Of a stretch of 64,000 nt of DNA, positions 1-11,979 are shown in pieces. The stretch covers positions 143,034,001-143,098,000 of the forward strand of contig NC_042998.1 of assembly GCF_006345805.1 (NCBI RefSeq), written 5' to 3'. A program made the position numbers and the translations under genes. Every line of letters begins with the position of its first letter. Positions within the stretch are counted from its first letter, which is position 1. The DNA comes from Octopus sinensis (lineage: Eukaryota). A model generated the notes under the pieces. The model had not been told where the DNA came from, did not search any database, and worked only from the letters and a program-made list of their open reading frames with translations.

Positions 1-245
1 TGAAGAAATTACAGCATTTGGTACAATTGATAATTTCCGACTCTATTCCATAGGAATACCATATGTATTTGTGTGTGTGTGTGTGTGTGTGTGTAGACAC
101 GCACATATATGTACATATGTATATAATTAGAGGTGTCAGTTTCATTATTTATCAACGTTGCCTAACAACATAGTTGAGTTTCAGTCAGTCACAGTTACTC
201 AGACTAAAACAATTATTTTGGTTACTGTATAACCAGGCAGAGTAA

Positions 246-435
246 GGCGTTAAGCTGGCAGAATCGTCATCATGCCAGGCAAAATGCATAGTGGTATTTC
301 ATTCATCTTTACGTTCTGAGTTCAAATACTGCTGAGGTCGATGAAATAAGCCCCAGTTCAGTACTGGGGTGGATGTGATCGACTTACCCCCTCCATTGAA
401 CCTGCTGGCCTTGTGCCAAAATGTAAAACCAATAT
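246..435 (+). mobile_element. tRNA-derived SINE, family A
   Basis: Head TGGCAGAATCGT...TGAGTTCAAAT (A/B-box-like) followed by GAGGTCGA...GTACTGGGGT. Homologous to the well-preserved copy at 63121-63355. Confidence 0.7.
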
Positions 436-574
436 TTAGTTAGAGTCCATTTCATTCTGAATTCAAACCCTACCAGGGAAGATTTTTACCTTTCATCTAT
501 CCAGGGATGCTAAAATAAAGTATCTCTAGATTATTTGATTTCCAGCCTTGTGCTTATCTTAGAAATAATAATAA

Positions 575-990
575 TCCTTTCTACAAGGCCTGAAATTTTG
601 AGGGAAGGAGATAATTGATTATATCAACCCCAGTACTTTACTGGTACTTAATTTATTGACCCTGAAAGGATAAAAGGCAAAGTTGACCTCAGCAGAATTT
701 GAACTAAGAACGTGCAGACAGACTAAATGCCACTAAGCATTATCCTGGTGTGCTAACAATTCTGCCTGCTCACCGCCATAATAATACTAATAATATTAAT
801 AATCCTTTCTACTATTGGAACAAGGCCTGAAATTTGAAGGGAGAGGACAAGTTGATTGCATCAACCCCAGTGCATAACTGGTACTTATTTCATTGGCCTT
901 GGTGAAATTTGAACTCAAAATGTAAAGACAGACAAAATGCTGCTAAGCATTTTGCCCTGCATGCTAATGATTCTGCCGGGTCACTGCCTT
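575..990 (-). mobile_element. Two tandem family A SINE copies in a (TAA)n tract
   Basis: Reverse-complement family A sequence (CCCCAGT...CTGGTACTTA...AATTTGAACT...ATTCTGCC) occurs twice, separated by ATAATA repeats. Confidence 0.7.
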
Positions 991-999
991 AGAAATAAT

Positions 1000-1345
1000 A
1001 ATAACAAGAGTTCTCAGATAGCACAAACCTCCACCAAGGCAACACCAACTGATTAGCCAGAGAATATCTGAAATAAACTCGACTGCTCTCACAAACAAGA
1101 ATACTGAAAAATGAAACTGACTGCTCTCAAAAATGAAGTAAAAAAAACAGGAAAAACAATCCAGAATCCTTGTCCGGTACCAGATTGATCTCAAAATCTA
1201 ATCAGTTCATGCCAGTCATTAGACCAAACATCCCTGAATGTTTCATCTGAATCCATCCAGTGGTTCTTGAGATATCTTGCCCATGGACAAACAAGAAAAC
1301 ATGACTGAAAACAATACCTCTGCCTTCGCTAAGGCAAGGTAATAA
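1000..1345. mobile_element. Non-autonomous Helitron/Helentron (DINE-1/HINE-like) element
   Basis: Starts AACAAGAG, has internal TTTCATCTGAATCCATCCAGTGGTTCTTGAGATATC, and ends in the hairpin TGCCTT-CGCT-AAGGCA. Family call is by recalled resemblance only. Confidence 0.4.
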
Positions 1346-1354
1346 TAATATCAA

Positions 1355-1812
1355 TAATCCTTTCTACAATAGGCATGAGGGCTGAATTTTGAGGGGAGGG
1401 GAACAAGTTGATTACATTGACCCCAGTGTATAACTGTTACTTATTTCATCAGCCCTGAAAGGATGAATGGCAAAGTTGACCATGGTGGAATTTGAACTCA
1501 GAACATAAGGATGAATAAAATGCTGTTAAGCATTTTGCCTGGTGTGCTAACATTTCTGCCAGGTCACCATGTTAACAATAATAATAGTAATAATAATAAT
1601 AAAAGTAATAACTCTTTGTACTATAGGCACAAGGTCAGGAATTTTGCGGGAGAGTGTAGTTACTTATTGACACCAGTGCTCAACTGGTACATGTATTTCA
1701 TCAATCTCAAATTATGAAAAGCAAAGCCAACCTTGGCAGAATTTGAATTCAAAACATAAAGATGGATGAAATGCCACTAAATAATTTGTCTGGCATGGTA
1801 ACAATTCTACTA
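1355..1812 (-). mobile_element. Two further tandem family A SINE copies
   Basis: Same reverse-complement SINE motif twice, separated by (AAT)n. Confidence 0.7.
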
Positions 1813-1815
1813 AGA

Positions 1816-2700
1816 ATTATTATTTAGCATTTGGTAGTTTCAGGCAGATTTCTACTGCATCACCTGCTATACCTCTGTTGCTGAGATGTGCTCAACATTG
1901 TGTGTTCTTTTTTGTTGTTAGGGGAGTACAAACTCTTCCCTGTATTGTATTGCATTTGTTTATTTTGTTATGGGGTTTCGTCGCAGTCTTTTGTTGTATT
2001 ACTGTTTGTATTGTGCTGTGTGTACAATGCAAATTGTGTTCTTCTGTTAGGTATCTGCCCTGTAGAGTACATGTTGTGGAGGTGGTTTATTTTATTGGAT
2101 ATTTACTGTATAGAGTCTGTCTTTTGTTTGTGGATTGTTTTATTTGAGCTGTACTATTGAATTGACACTGTCTTGCGTAGGATGTGGGCTGTTCCTAGCT
2201 GGGCTATTTTTGGGGTACTCTGCATTGTGGGTCCAGGTATAGCTTCTACATTTTTGTTCATACATTTTAGTATCAGTGTTCTAGTTATTGCTGGTATTGT
2301 TTTCACCTTCGTGCCCCACATCTTGGATACTTCAATTTTGAGGTATTTTATTATTATTATTGCTCAACATTTGGTAGTTTCAGGCAAATTTCTACTACTT
2401 CACCTGCTACATCTCTGTATTGCTGGTGTGTGTGCAGCATTGTATTCTTTGCTGTTCTTGGGAGTGTGCAAACTCTTCCCAGTATTGTATTGCATCAGTT
2501 TTTTTTATTTCTCTTGAGGTGTGGGTGCAGTCTTTTGTTGTATTACTGTTTGTATTGTGTTGAGTGTGTAATGTATTGGTTTACTAGATAGCTGGTGGAA
2601 GTTTATTTCACTGAATAATTGCTGTATAGAGTTTGTCTTGTGTTTATGGGTTGTTTTGTTTAGGTTGTATTATTGAATTGATAGTGTCTTTATTATTATT
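1816..2700 (-). mobile_element. Two tandem 5'-truncated 3' ends of an RLE-type non-LTR retrotransposon (R4/Dong/NeSL-like)
   Basis: Minus-strand translation near 2165-2345 gives KYLKIEVSKMWGTKVKTIP and KIAQLGTAHILRKTVSIQ, typical of the C-terminus after the restriction-like endonuclease. 1820-2170 is repeated at 2350-2690, and each copy abuts a (TTA)n tract. Confidence 0.55.
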
Positions 2701-3319
2701 ATTAATATTATTATTATTTTCCTCTACCAGGGGAATTTCATACATGCAATACAAAAATGTAGACATAGGGGTTATAAATGTGTGGAATGGACAGAAATAA
2801 AGTTATATAAAAATAAATTGAATGTCACAGATGTTAATTTAATATATTATTGAACATTTTAAAAAATTGATAATAAGAAAGTATAGATGTAATGGACATA
2901 GTACACTAATATTTGCTTCTGCCACTTGTCTTTTGATTCTCAGGCAGTGTTTATGCTTTTAATGTTGTTCATACTGCCATGTGAAATGGAACTGCCCAGG
3001 TGTCAGAACCATAATGATAACTGTTAGGTAGATGATGATGGAAGTATATGTTTGATGTGTTTGTTGTCTGTGAATATTTTATATCTTGTGTTCTGGTTGT
3101 TCTAAGTTGTCCTTCATTATCATAAGTTTGAACTTGTTTAGGGGTTCTTTGTTTCTTGGATTTTGAAAGATTTTGCTGTCTGTTATACCATACATTGATA
3201 TTGTATAATTGTTCTTCATAGTGACCCTAATTCTGGGTTTCTAGTTTATGGAGGCTTTGTTGCAAATACACACACACACACACGCACACACACACACGCA
3301 CACACACACACACACACAT

Positions 3320-3484
3320 AGGCGCAGGTATGGCTGTGTGGTAAGAAGCTTGTTTCCCAACCACATGGTTCTGAGTTCAGTCCCACTGTGTGGTACCTTG
3401 GGCAAGTGTCTTCTACTATTGCCTTTGGGCTGACCAAAGACTTGTGAGTGGATTGGTAGATGGAAAACTGAAAGAAACCCATCG

Positions 3485-3523
<39 letters not shown>

Positions 3524-3890
3524 ATATATAACTCCAAGAAAGTTAGAGGTTGTGAATCCAACCCAGTAAATAAATAAGTTAACATAATATAATGTCTAAA
3601 AGTTGATGAACCACTTATTGTTCTCCTCCATTTTCTTATTGCTATATATATATATATATGTGTGTGTGTGCATGTCTGTGTTTGTTACCCCTATCGCTGC
3701 TTGACAACCAGTGTTGGTGTGTTTATGTCTCTGTAACTTAGTGGTTTGGCAAAACAACCAACAGAATAAGCACAAGGCTGATAAAAATAAGTCGTGGGGG
3801 GTTTATTTGTTCGATTAAAACCCTTTAAGGCAGTGCTCCAGCATGGGCACAGTCAAATGAATGAAACAAGTAAAAGAATAAAAGAATATA
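3320..3890 (+). mobile_element. tRNA-derived SINE, family B (bipartite, internal TA/TG microsatellite)
   Basis: Head TGGCTGTGTGGTAAG...GAGTTCAGTCCC, CORE-like ACCTTGGGCAAGTG and a 3' half ending GAAACAAGTAAAAGAATA. Other copies include 8877-9235, 46990-47380 (-) and 52595-53035 (-). Confidence 0.7.
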
Positions 3891-4861
3891 TGTATGTATA
3901 TTTGTGTGTATGTGTGTGTATTCATGTCTTGTCTTGACATCATGTGTTATTCATTCCCAATATTCCAATATTCTACAAAAACATGTTAGGCTAAGGGAAA
4001 ATATTACTTTGCTAGGAAACAGGTATGAGTTGATGACCAGAGGAAGGGCATGAAGCTGTTGAAAATCAAGTTCAATGAACTTCATCCAACTCATGCAAGC
4101 ATGGAAAAGTAGACGTTAAAATGATGTTGATTACACATCGGTCTTGGTCGAAAAGTACAACCACTAGAGGAATTGAACTCGAAATGCAGAAAGACAGCTC
4201 TAAATACCGCAAATGGTCTTGTTCCACATTTTACTGTCTGAAGCTCTGTTGTACTTTTTATAGTAGCATATCACCTGTGGTGTGTGTATCTGCGTGCATA
4301 CACAGCCATGTGTGAGAGAGTGAGTATTGTGTTTATATGTCCCTGGCCATATGTTTTCAAGGTATAATGTTAATAGCAACATACAGTCACGTTTATTATG
4401 TAAGTCTTATTACTTGGCAAACTTGTATAACTCCTCCTCCTCCTAATGCTGCTGCTGTTGTGATTTAACTTCTATTTTTAGTCACTACCTCTATTTTTCT
4501 CAGTGTAAATCTCGTGATAACCTTTTACTTTCTGAACACATTTCATTGCCAATGTCTTTTTTTTTTTTTGATTACACATTGCTGTCAGTAGTTGTAGTAT
4601 TGGTAGTAGTAGAAGTTGTGTAGTGGCTATGGTTGTGGTAGTTGTTGTGGTGGTTATTTAGCCTTATAATCAAAGGAATTTCAGATGTGACCATCCTGTT
4701 TTTTTCTGAGAAGGGAACCAACCTTAAACCACATATCCAACATATTCTTTTCTAAGAAAGGATGAAATCTGAGTACATTAGCTACTATTTCTAGTAGGTC
4801 AAGCCACCATGTAGAGGCTTCTTTGTTGCTCTGCATAGAGATGGTGGTTGTGGTGATAGTA

Positions 4862-4895
<34 letters not shown>

Positions 4896-7800
4896 TTCAT
4901 TGCAAGTCAATCCCATTTGGGCAGACTTATGATCAAAGGGAATTGCAGCCATGACCATCCAAAGTTTTTCTGTGTACAGCAAATCCAGGACCATTTTAAC
5001 TAATGTACATGTTTTTTAAGACAGTAGATTTGTGATTTGAGGGAGATTTGGCAAGTCAAGCAAGCAAAATACAAGCTCATGCTTAATAGTGATTGTGGTA
5101 TAACATGTACATCTCAATATCTTTTCTGAGCCATCTTTCTCTTTCTCTCTCACATTATGTCCACTCCATACTAGTATTTTTCAAACCACACCTCCATCTT
5201 TGTTTATTACTCCCTACATTTACCTCTACCCCCATTTCTACCCATCATTTACTCTCCTTTCACATCACTTTGTATCTTGAGCTGCTCTGGCATTTAGTCA
5301 CTACCACATCTATCTTCTTTCCAGTTATTCTCACCCACCCTTATGTAATGTAGTGTTGGCATGTATCCCCTGTATAGCAAGACACCTGAGCTTTATCCCT
5401 CCGTCTTACTTCTTAGCCTCCACACCTGGCATACAACCATCTCCCCACTCTCGATATCCCTCCTCCACTTAGTTGTGGGGACTTTTTCCTGTTCTTTCTT
5501 GCAAGTTACTTGGTAACCTCACTAGTGTTAATGTCACAAGAAAAGCACCAGTACACATTATAAAGGGTTGGCATTAGGAAGGGTGTCCAGTCATAGAAAC
5601 ATGCTAAAATTGACATTGAAGCTCAGTACAGCCCTGCAGCTTGCCAGATCCTGTCAGACTGTCTACTTTCCATGCTGGCATGGAAAGTGCACATTAAATG
5701 ATGATGTAGTGTTTATCTGTATGTCCCAGAAACTAATCGAAAAGATTTATGTTGCACAGATGCAGAAGAATGAAAGAAAGTGAGAGAAAAAGACTAAGTT
5801 ACATCTATATATACCTACATGAAACTTATGGACATATACAGATATGTATACAGATATGTGTAAATGTTAGGGTTAATAAGTACTTTACATTATAAAGTAC
5901 CCAGTCCACATTGTAAAGTGGTTGGCACTTGGAAGCACATCCAGCTTTGTCTGCGCCTATATACATATATGTATGACAAGCTTGTATCAGTTTTCATCTA
6001 CTGAATTCACTCGTCAGGTTTTGTCAGCCTAGAGGTAGAGTGGAAGACACTTGCTCAAGGTGTCATGCAGTGATACTGAACTCAAAACTGTATGGTTTCA
6101 GACATAACTTCTTAACCACATAACTATGCCTGTACCTAACATTATGCAAGTTTTTTTGGCTATAAAATATTCTATTCTTTTTTTCATATAAGTCTAAGAC
6201 CCTTGGCTACTAGAGATAAAATCAGACAATTGTTATACTGATGACGGCTATTTTGCCAGAAATTTGTGTCCACAACTATCCTCTTTTTTTCATACAATAA
6301 ATCTATCCTTTTTCATATCAACTTTGGAGAATACTTGAATCTTGAGAATATCTTCCCTTCTGAAGTGGAGTTTATCTTAATTGCTATTTGGTAATTATGA
6401 TACCTCTTCTGGACACACAGATAATTTTAATAAATCAAAAATTTATGTTGTATGACATCTAGTGTACCTGTAGTTGTCTTTATATGCACACACATACATC
6501 CATAAACATTGAATTGACACACATACACAAAATGAATTGTGATACAGTTTGTTTAAAAACCTCATTTATTATGTGCATACTTGTCCTACTTACATCTTTA
6601 TTTATATTTTATTTCTAGGTTGGATTATCATATAATATCACGCCTATGTTTGCTTGCCAGTATTAGGCAGCTAGCCAATTTTTGCAAATATAGTATATTA
6701 CATAACGTTTGTTCAAATTATTTCTCATGCACAGCTCTGAGTCCCTGCAGGGTTTTGTGGTATTCAGAATATGACATTGTACTCTTTCTGTCAATTCACC
6801 TGCCTTCATATTTCCCTCCATCTATATTAATAATGTATTTATTGTTGTTTGAGAAATTCTATAGTTCTTGACAACTAAAGATTCTTTTGTTGTTTTGGTA
6901 TCTGATTGTATCATGGAATCTCTTCAAATATCTGTTTTCTACAGTTCTATGTTTAAGAAATGGGGAATTATGTACATTATTTACGATTGACGGATATTTG
7001 TCCTCATCTTGTTTGTTGTTAACACAATGTTTCGGCTGACATACCCTCCAGGTGTCTTGGGGAAATTTCGAACCTGGGTTCTCATTCCTAAGGCATTTTT
7101 TGATGTTGTTGTTGTTGTTTTCTGACTACTCGGAAAAACTGGCAAGTCTTATAAGTGATGGTAGCTAGAGCAAGGTAAATAAAGACCCTACTTTGAAAAC
7201 AGAGAGGAAGTTGTCACAGATCTTGATCAAGAACAAGGATCACTTTACACCAATGAAGTACAGACAACTGACTCAACACTACAGTAAACTACCACACATT
7301 TACGGTCTTCCTAAGATTCACAAAGATAGTATTCCATTAAGACATATAGTGAGTTGAAGAGCTTCAGCATGAGATCCACTGAGCCGCTTCCTTGTGGATA
7401 TAATCAGTCTATTAGCAGGAAAGTCAACATTGTACGTGAAGAATTCCACCCACTTCACAGAACTGATCAAAGATACCCCCATTGAATGCAACCAAATGGT
7501 GAGTGTAGATGTGATAAGTCTGTTCACCTAAGTCCCAACTGGTGAAGCACTATCGGTGATTCAAGAAAAACTAGTGACAGACACCCATCTAAAAGAACAC
7601 ACTAGTATACCAATTAGAAACTTGATAGAAATGTTGACCTTCTGTGTAGAAACTACCTACTTCAGTATGGACACTGATATATATCGACAAGAAAAGGGTT
7701 TAGCTATGGGTTCACCATTATCACCAATAATAGCCAATATATACATGGAATACTTTGAGAATTTGGCTTTAGGATCAACACCACCAAAACCAACCTTATG

Positions 7801-8657
7801 GCGGTGATATGTTGATGATACCTTCATACTCTGGCCCCACCAGGAAGATGTCCAAGTGCTGTTAGATCATGTGAACTCAATAAAGCCTTCCATACAGTTC
7901 ACAATAGAAAAAGAAAAAGACAATCAGCTAGCATTCTTGGACGTATTAATAACATGCACCAAGTATGGATTCAGGACATCCGTATAATGCAAGCTGACCT
8001 TCACTGGACGACACCTCAACTACAACTCCCACCATCCATACAGTGTAAAGAGAGGGACTGCTCAGTGCCCAAAACATCGAGCAATGAATATAAGTAGCAA
8101 TCGTGATACCCACCACGAAGAAATGATCAAGCTCAGTAACAATCTATTAAGCAACAACTACACCAAAAGCATACTCTCCACTCCAATTATGAAGAAAAGA
8201 GAGGATGAAACCGATAAACTGTCCACAGTCTGTCTGCTCTATGTGAAAGGCCTCTCCAAAAAGATACCAAAGATATGCGGCCCATATAACATCAGGACTG
8301 TATTCAAAAGTAATACAACACTTCGCAAATATCTCCTTTGAGTAAAACCACCAATAGAAGAGAATATGACTAAGAACTGCGTGTACTCCATCCCACGCAG
8401 CTGTGGTAGCTTATACAAAAGCGAAACATGTTGCCCCCTCAAAATAAGGGTAGAGGAACATCGCAAAGCTGTGAAAGGAGGAGATCATGTATGGAAATTC
8501 ACTGGAAAATAAGAAAACTAAAAGAAGCAGCACATATGCTAGGACACAACAACCTCCTAAGCAGACCAAGTGCAGATATGAACAGCATATGGGAACTGGT
8601 ATTAAAGAAGGATAGGAGAATATTAGATTTATAAGCCCTAAAATTCACTCCATAATT

Positions 8658-8726
8658 GCCCATGGTGTAGTGGTTAAGAGTGCGGGCTACTAACCCCAAG
8701 ATCCCGAGTTCGATTCCAGTGACCTG
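8658..8726 (+). other. tRNA-like segment with Pol III A and B boxes inside the Penelope 3' region
   Basis: A box TGGTGTAGTGG (8663-8673), 7-nt loop CTACTAA, B box GAGTTCGATTCC (8706-8717). No intact acceptor stem, so not a functional tRNA. Confidence 0.6.
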
Positions 8727-8798
8727 AATAATAATTATAATAACAACAACATCGAAAAATACCTTAGGAATGAGAATGCAGGTTCAAAATTCTCCAAG

Positions 8799-8843
8799 AC
8801 ACCTGATAAAGGCTGGAGAGTATATCAGCTGAAATGTTGTGTT
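8799..8843 (+). ncRNA. Degenerate type I hammerhead ribozyme in the Penelope pLTR
   Basis: ACAC-CTGATAA-A-GGCTG..CAGCT-GAAA-TGTT-GTGT. The inverted copy at 7021-7055 reads CAGCC-GAAA-CATT-GTGT, implying an ancestral GAAACGTT. G8 is mutated in this copy. Confidence 0.65.
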
Positions 8844-10194
8844 AACAACAAACAAGATGGATTAAATATCTGGAATCATGTTCTTACGAACCACATGGTT
8901 CCAGGTTCAGTTCCACTGCATGGCACCTTGGGCAAGTGTCTTCTACTATAGCCTCAAAGCCTTGTGAGATGGAAACGGAAAGAAGCTCGCCATATATATT
9001 TATATATATATATATATGTGTGTGTGTCTGTGTTTATCACCCCCCCCCCCAACATCGCTTGACAACTGATGCTGGTGTGTTTACATCCCTATAACTTAGC
9101 GGCTTGGCAAAAGAGACCGATAGAACAAGTACTGGGCTTACAAAGAATAAGTCCTGGGGTCGATTTGCTCGACTAAAGGTGGTGCTCCAGCATGGCCACA
9201 GTCACATGACTGAAACAAGTAAAAGAGTAAAGAGTAATGTAAATAATGTATCTGTTTTCTGTTTCTTTCTTGCTTCAAAAAAACAATTCATATAAGAAAT
9301 AGAAATAGTCATATTTGATGTGAATCCAACTCTTGTTATATTACATATTGCCCAAATATTTTATCTGTTTTTATGTTCAAACAAGCCAGATCTGGTCTCT
9401 CACACCTATCCTACAATGTTATTCTAAAAATGCAACAATAACATTATTGAACTCTCAAAGTTAATTCAAAACAATGTGAAAAAATAAGTTCTGTGTTTGA
9501 TAGAAAAATCTGAATGCTAAAAGGTTAATGACTATTTTTCCATGCTTGCATGGGTCACACAGTGATTATTGAGGCAGATTTTATACAGCCAGATGCTCTT
9601 CCTGTCAACAGCCCTTACCTGTTTCCAAGCAAGGTGTTCATTAAATATCTTTACAGCTTGCACAATTTATTGTATCGTCTAGATGTTTGCAACCAATGGA
9701 ACCCAAGTGGTAATGTTCTGATGTTTCTAATAAAACTACTCTGTTGAGTTACCCTTATTTTTCATTTTTTTTTTCAAATTGTAAAGGCAATTTATGGATA
9801 CCCTGTATTTTACCTTGGTTGATAGGTTTTACATAGAAGACTGGTAATGAATAACATTACCTGCATGATGGTAATGATGCTTGTTTACAACCATTGCATG
9901 ATGATGAGACAAAAGTACACACACACACATATTGCTAACGTGATAAGAATTTAGAAACTTGAGAGAATGTGAATAATTCAATTTTCACAGTTGAATTAGA
10001 CAAAGCTATAAATAAAAAGCTTGTAAATATTGGGTTAAAATACCTTTTGAAGAGAAAAAAAATCAAAGGTTTCAACATTTTCCATCCAGAATATTTTTTA
10101 ACCCAATACTTACTTACTATTATTTACAGTTCTATCTACTTTAATTTCACTTGTGAAAAATGAATTTGTGTGTGTGTGCTTGCGTGCGTGCATG

Positions 10195-11443
10195 TTAGGT
10201 TGCTCCGAAAATTCTGAGCATTTTTAAGCTAAATCTTTTAACGCTTCATTGAACACACCTGAAACGTAACACAACCAAAACTTTGGCATTGCTTGAAGTG
10301 GTAGTGCATCTCTTTGTTCCTGGCTAAAAATAGATTTATCTTCCATTCTGGTTACCCTTTATTGACATTTGAAATGGATAGCCAAAAATTTCATATTCAC
10401 ATTGTAATGCTTTCCTTTTTCTAAAAAAAGGAGGAAATGCTGCAAAGACTTGTAAAAGCATTTGTGAAGTTTATGGTGATGATGCTGTAGGTGAATCAAC
10501 TGTTCGAAGGTGGATTGCAAAATTTAGAGCTGAGCAGTTTAGCTTGGAAGATGATAGTTGCAGTAGAAGACCTTCAAAATTGGATGAAGATGTTTTGAAG
10601 GCAAAAATTGAAGAAAACTTAAATATCATGACTAGAGAACTTGCAGAGGATTTGGAAATTTCTAAAAGTATGGCTTATGAACACCTAGTGAAGCTAGGAT
10701 ACATTTCTCACTATAATGTAAGGGTCCCTTGCAAACTCTCAGAAAAAATTGCTTGGACAAGTATTTTGTTTGTGATATGCTTTTGAAATGGAATGAAAGC
10801 CTGCCTTTTTTAAAACAATTTGTAACTGGAGATGAAAAATGGATTGTGTATGAAAATGTAGTGTGAAGAAGATCCTGGAGTTTGTGTAAGGATCCCCCAA
10901 AACAACAACCAAAGATGAATATCTATGCCAAAAAAGTTATGCTTTGTGTTTGGTGGGATCATAAAGGCATTATTTATTATGAGCTTCTCCTACAAAACTA
11001 GCCCATCAATTCTGATGTGTACTGTTGTCAGCTGGGTAATTTGAACCAAAATATCAAAGAATTGAGGCTGGAGATTACCAACAGGAAAGTGGTAGTGTTC
11101 CAACAAGACAATGCCCAACCACGTATCTTTGGCTACTCGAACAAAGGTACATGAGTTTGCTTGGGGTCTCTTAACCCATCTACCATATTCTCGTGATATT
11201 GTGTCATCTGGCTACCACTTGTTTTTGTCTCTACAGAACTCGTAAGAAAAAACATTTAACGATTTAGATGGAGTCAAAATACCAAATTTTATGCTGATTG
11301 AATAGTTAAATTGCCTGATAGATGGGTAAAGGTCATTAATAATAATGGAAATTATTTCATTGAATAAAATTTTTTGAAAAGTCAATTATTTATACCCCTT
11401 TTTGCATATTAAAAAAATGCTCAGAACTTTTTGAACAGCCTAA
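10195..11443 (+). mobile_element. Mariner DNA transposon, full length, transposase pseudogene (about 10374-11367)
   Basis: TIRs TTAGGTTGCTCCGAAAATTCTGAGCATTTTT and AAAAATGCTCAGAACTTTTTGAACAGCCTAA, followed by TA. Motifs VTGDEKWIVYEN, WWDHKGIIYYELL, QQDNAQP and PYSRDIVSSGYHLF. Stops and frameshifts present. Confidence 0.9.
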
Positions 11444-11551
11444 TATATATATATATATATATATATAGATTCAGATGAATTAAGTACCTAAGTTGAGGCA
11501 CCAGAATTTAGTACGGTATTATCCGTGCAATTTCAAAATAAGATGATTAAA

Positions 11552-11681
11552 ATCAAAATAAGCAAAAAGGATATCCAGAGGTAATGCAGTACGATCGTTT
11601 GAAGAAATTCCATTTAACCATGGAGTTGCTTGAAATGATTGTACTGCATTACCTCTGGATATCCTTGTTGCTTATTTTGAT
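11552..11681. repeat. Fold-back element, 61-bp arms with an 8-nt loop, containing hammerhead 3' halves
   Basis: 11552-11612 is the imperfect reverse complement of 11621-11681. The arms read GAAATGATTGTA-CTGCA (+) and CAAACGATCGTA-CTGCA (-). Confidence 0.8.
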
Positions 11682-11864
11682 ATATATATATATTTATATA
11701 TATATACACACACACACATGCGCGAGTAAGCACATAAATGCAAAACAAGATGGAAGAAATAGCACTCAGATTCCAATGGTAGACAATTGCAGCGTGGAAG
11801 GTGTTTGTAAGCCATTTAAGAAACACACAAAAGCCATTCGATTCACTTCAACGTTTAAGTTTAA

Positions 11865-11915
11865 TTTGTCAAAATATTTTCGTCGCTTTAAGACCGCGAC
11901 CTGTTCACTGACAAA
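11865..11915 (-). ncRNA. Type I hammerhead ribozyme candidate, G3-C8 variant (minus strand)
   Basis: TTTGTCA-GTGAACA-G-GTCGC-GGTCTTAAA-GCGAC-GAA-AATATT-T-TGACAAA: 7-bp stem I, 5-bp stem II and palindromic stem III. Confidence 0.65.
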
Positions 11916-11928
11916 TGCAGCACGGATT

Positions 11929-11979
11929 TTTGTCAGTGAACAGGCCGCGGTCTTAAAGCGACGAAAATATTTTGACAAA
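11929..11979 (+). ncRNA. Type I hammerhead ribozyme candidate, G3-C8 variant (plus strand)
   Basis: Same motif as the minus-strand copy, with one stem II mismatch (GCCGC/GCGAC). Predicted cleavage after 11972. Confidence 0.6.

Larger units (their letters stand above)
6945..8872 (+). mobile_element. Penelope-like retroelement (degenerate RT + GIY-YIG endonuclease) with an inverted partial pLTR at the 5' end
   Basis: RT motifs PPHIYGLPKIHK, DVISLFT, YRQEKGLAMGSPLSPIIANIYME, WR*YVDDTF and FLDVLI. GIY-YIG-like NCVYSIPRSCGSLYKSETCCPLKIRVEEH at about 8375-8465. 6993-7118 is the reverse complement of about 8740-8870. Multiple stops and frameshifts. Confidence 0.9.

Noticed and set aside
1-60. TGAAGA followed by an AAATTA/TAATTT hairpin at the window edge
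   Set aside because: Truncated by the window and no GAAA follows the stem.
7805-7807. In-frame TGA before YVDD in the Penelope RT as possible selenocysteine recoding (as in Naiad PLEs)
   Set aside because: It falls at a usual Arg position (CGA to TGA CpG decay), and the element also has TAA stops and frameshifts.
8658-8726. Functional tRNA gene
   Set aside because: No acceptor stem, an atypical ACT anticodon, and it is embedded in a retroelement.
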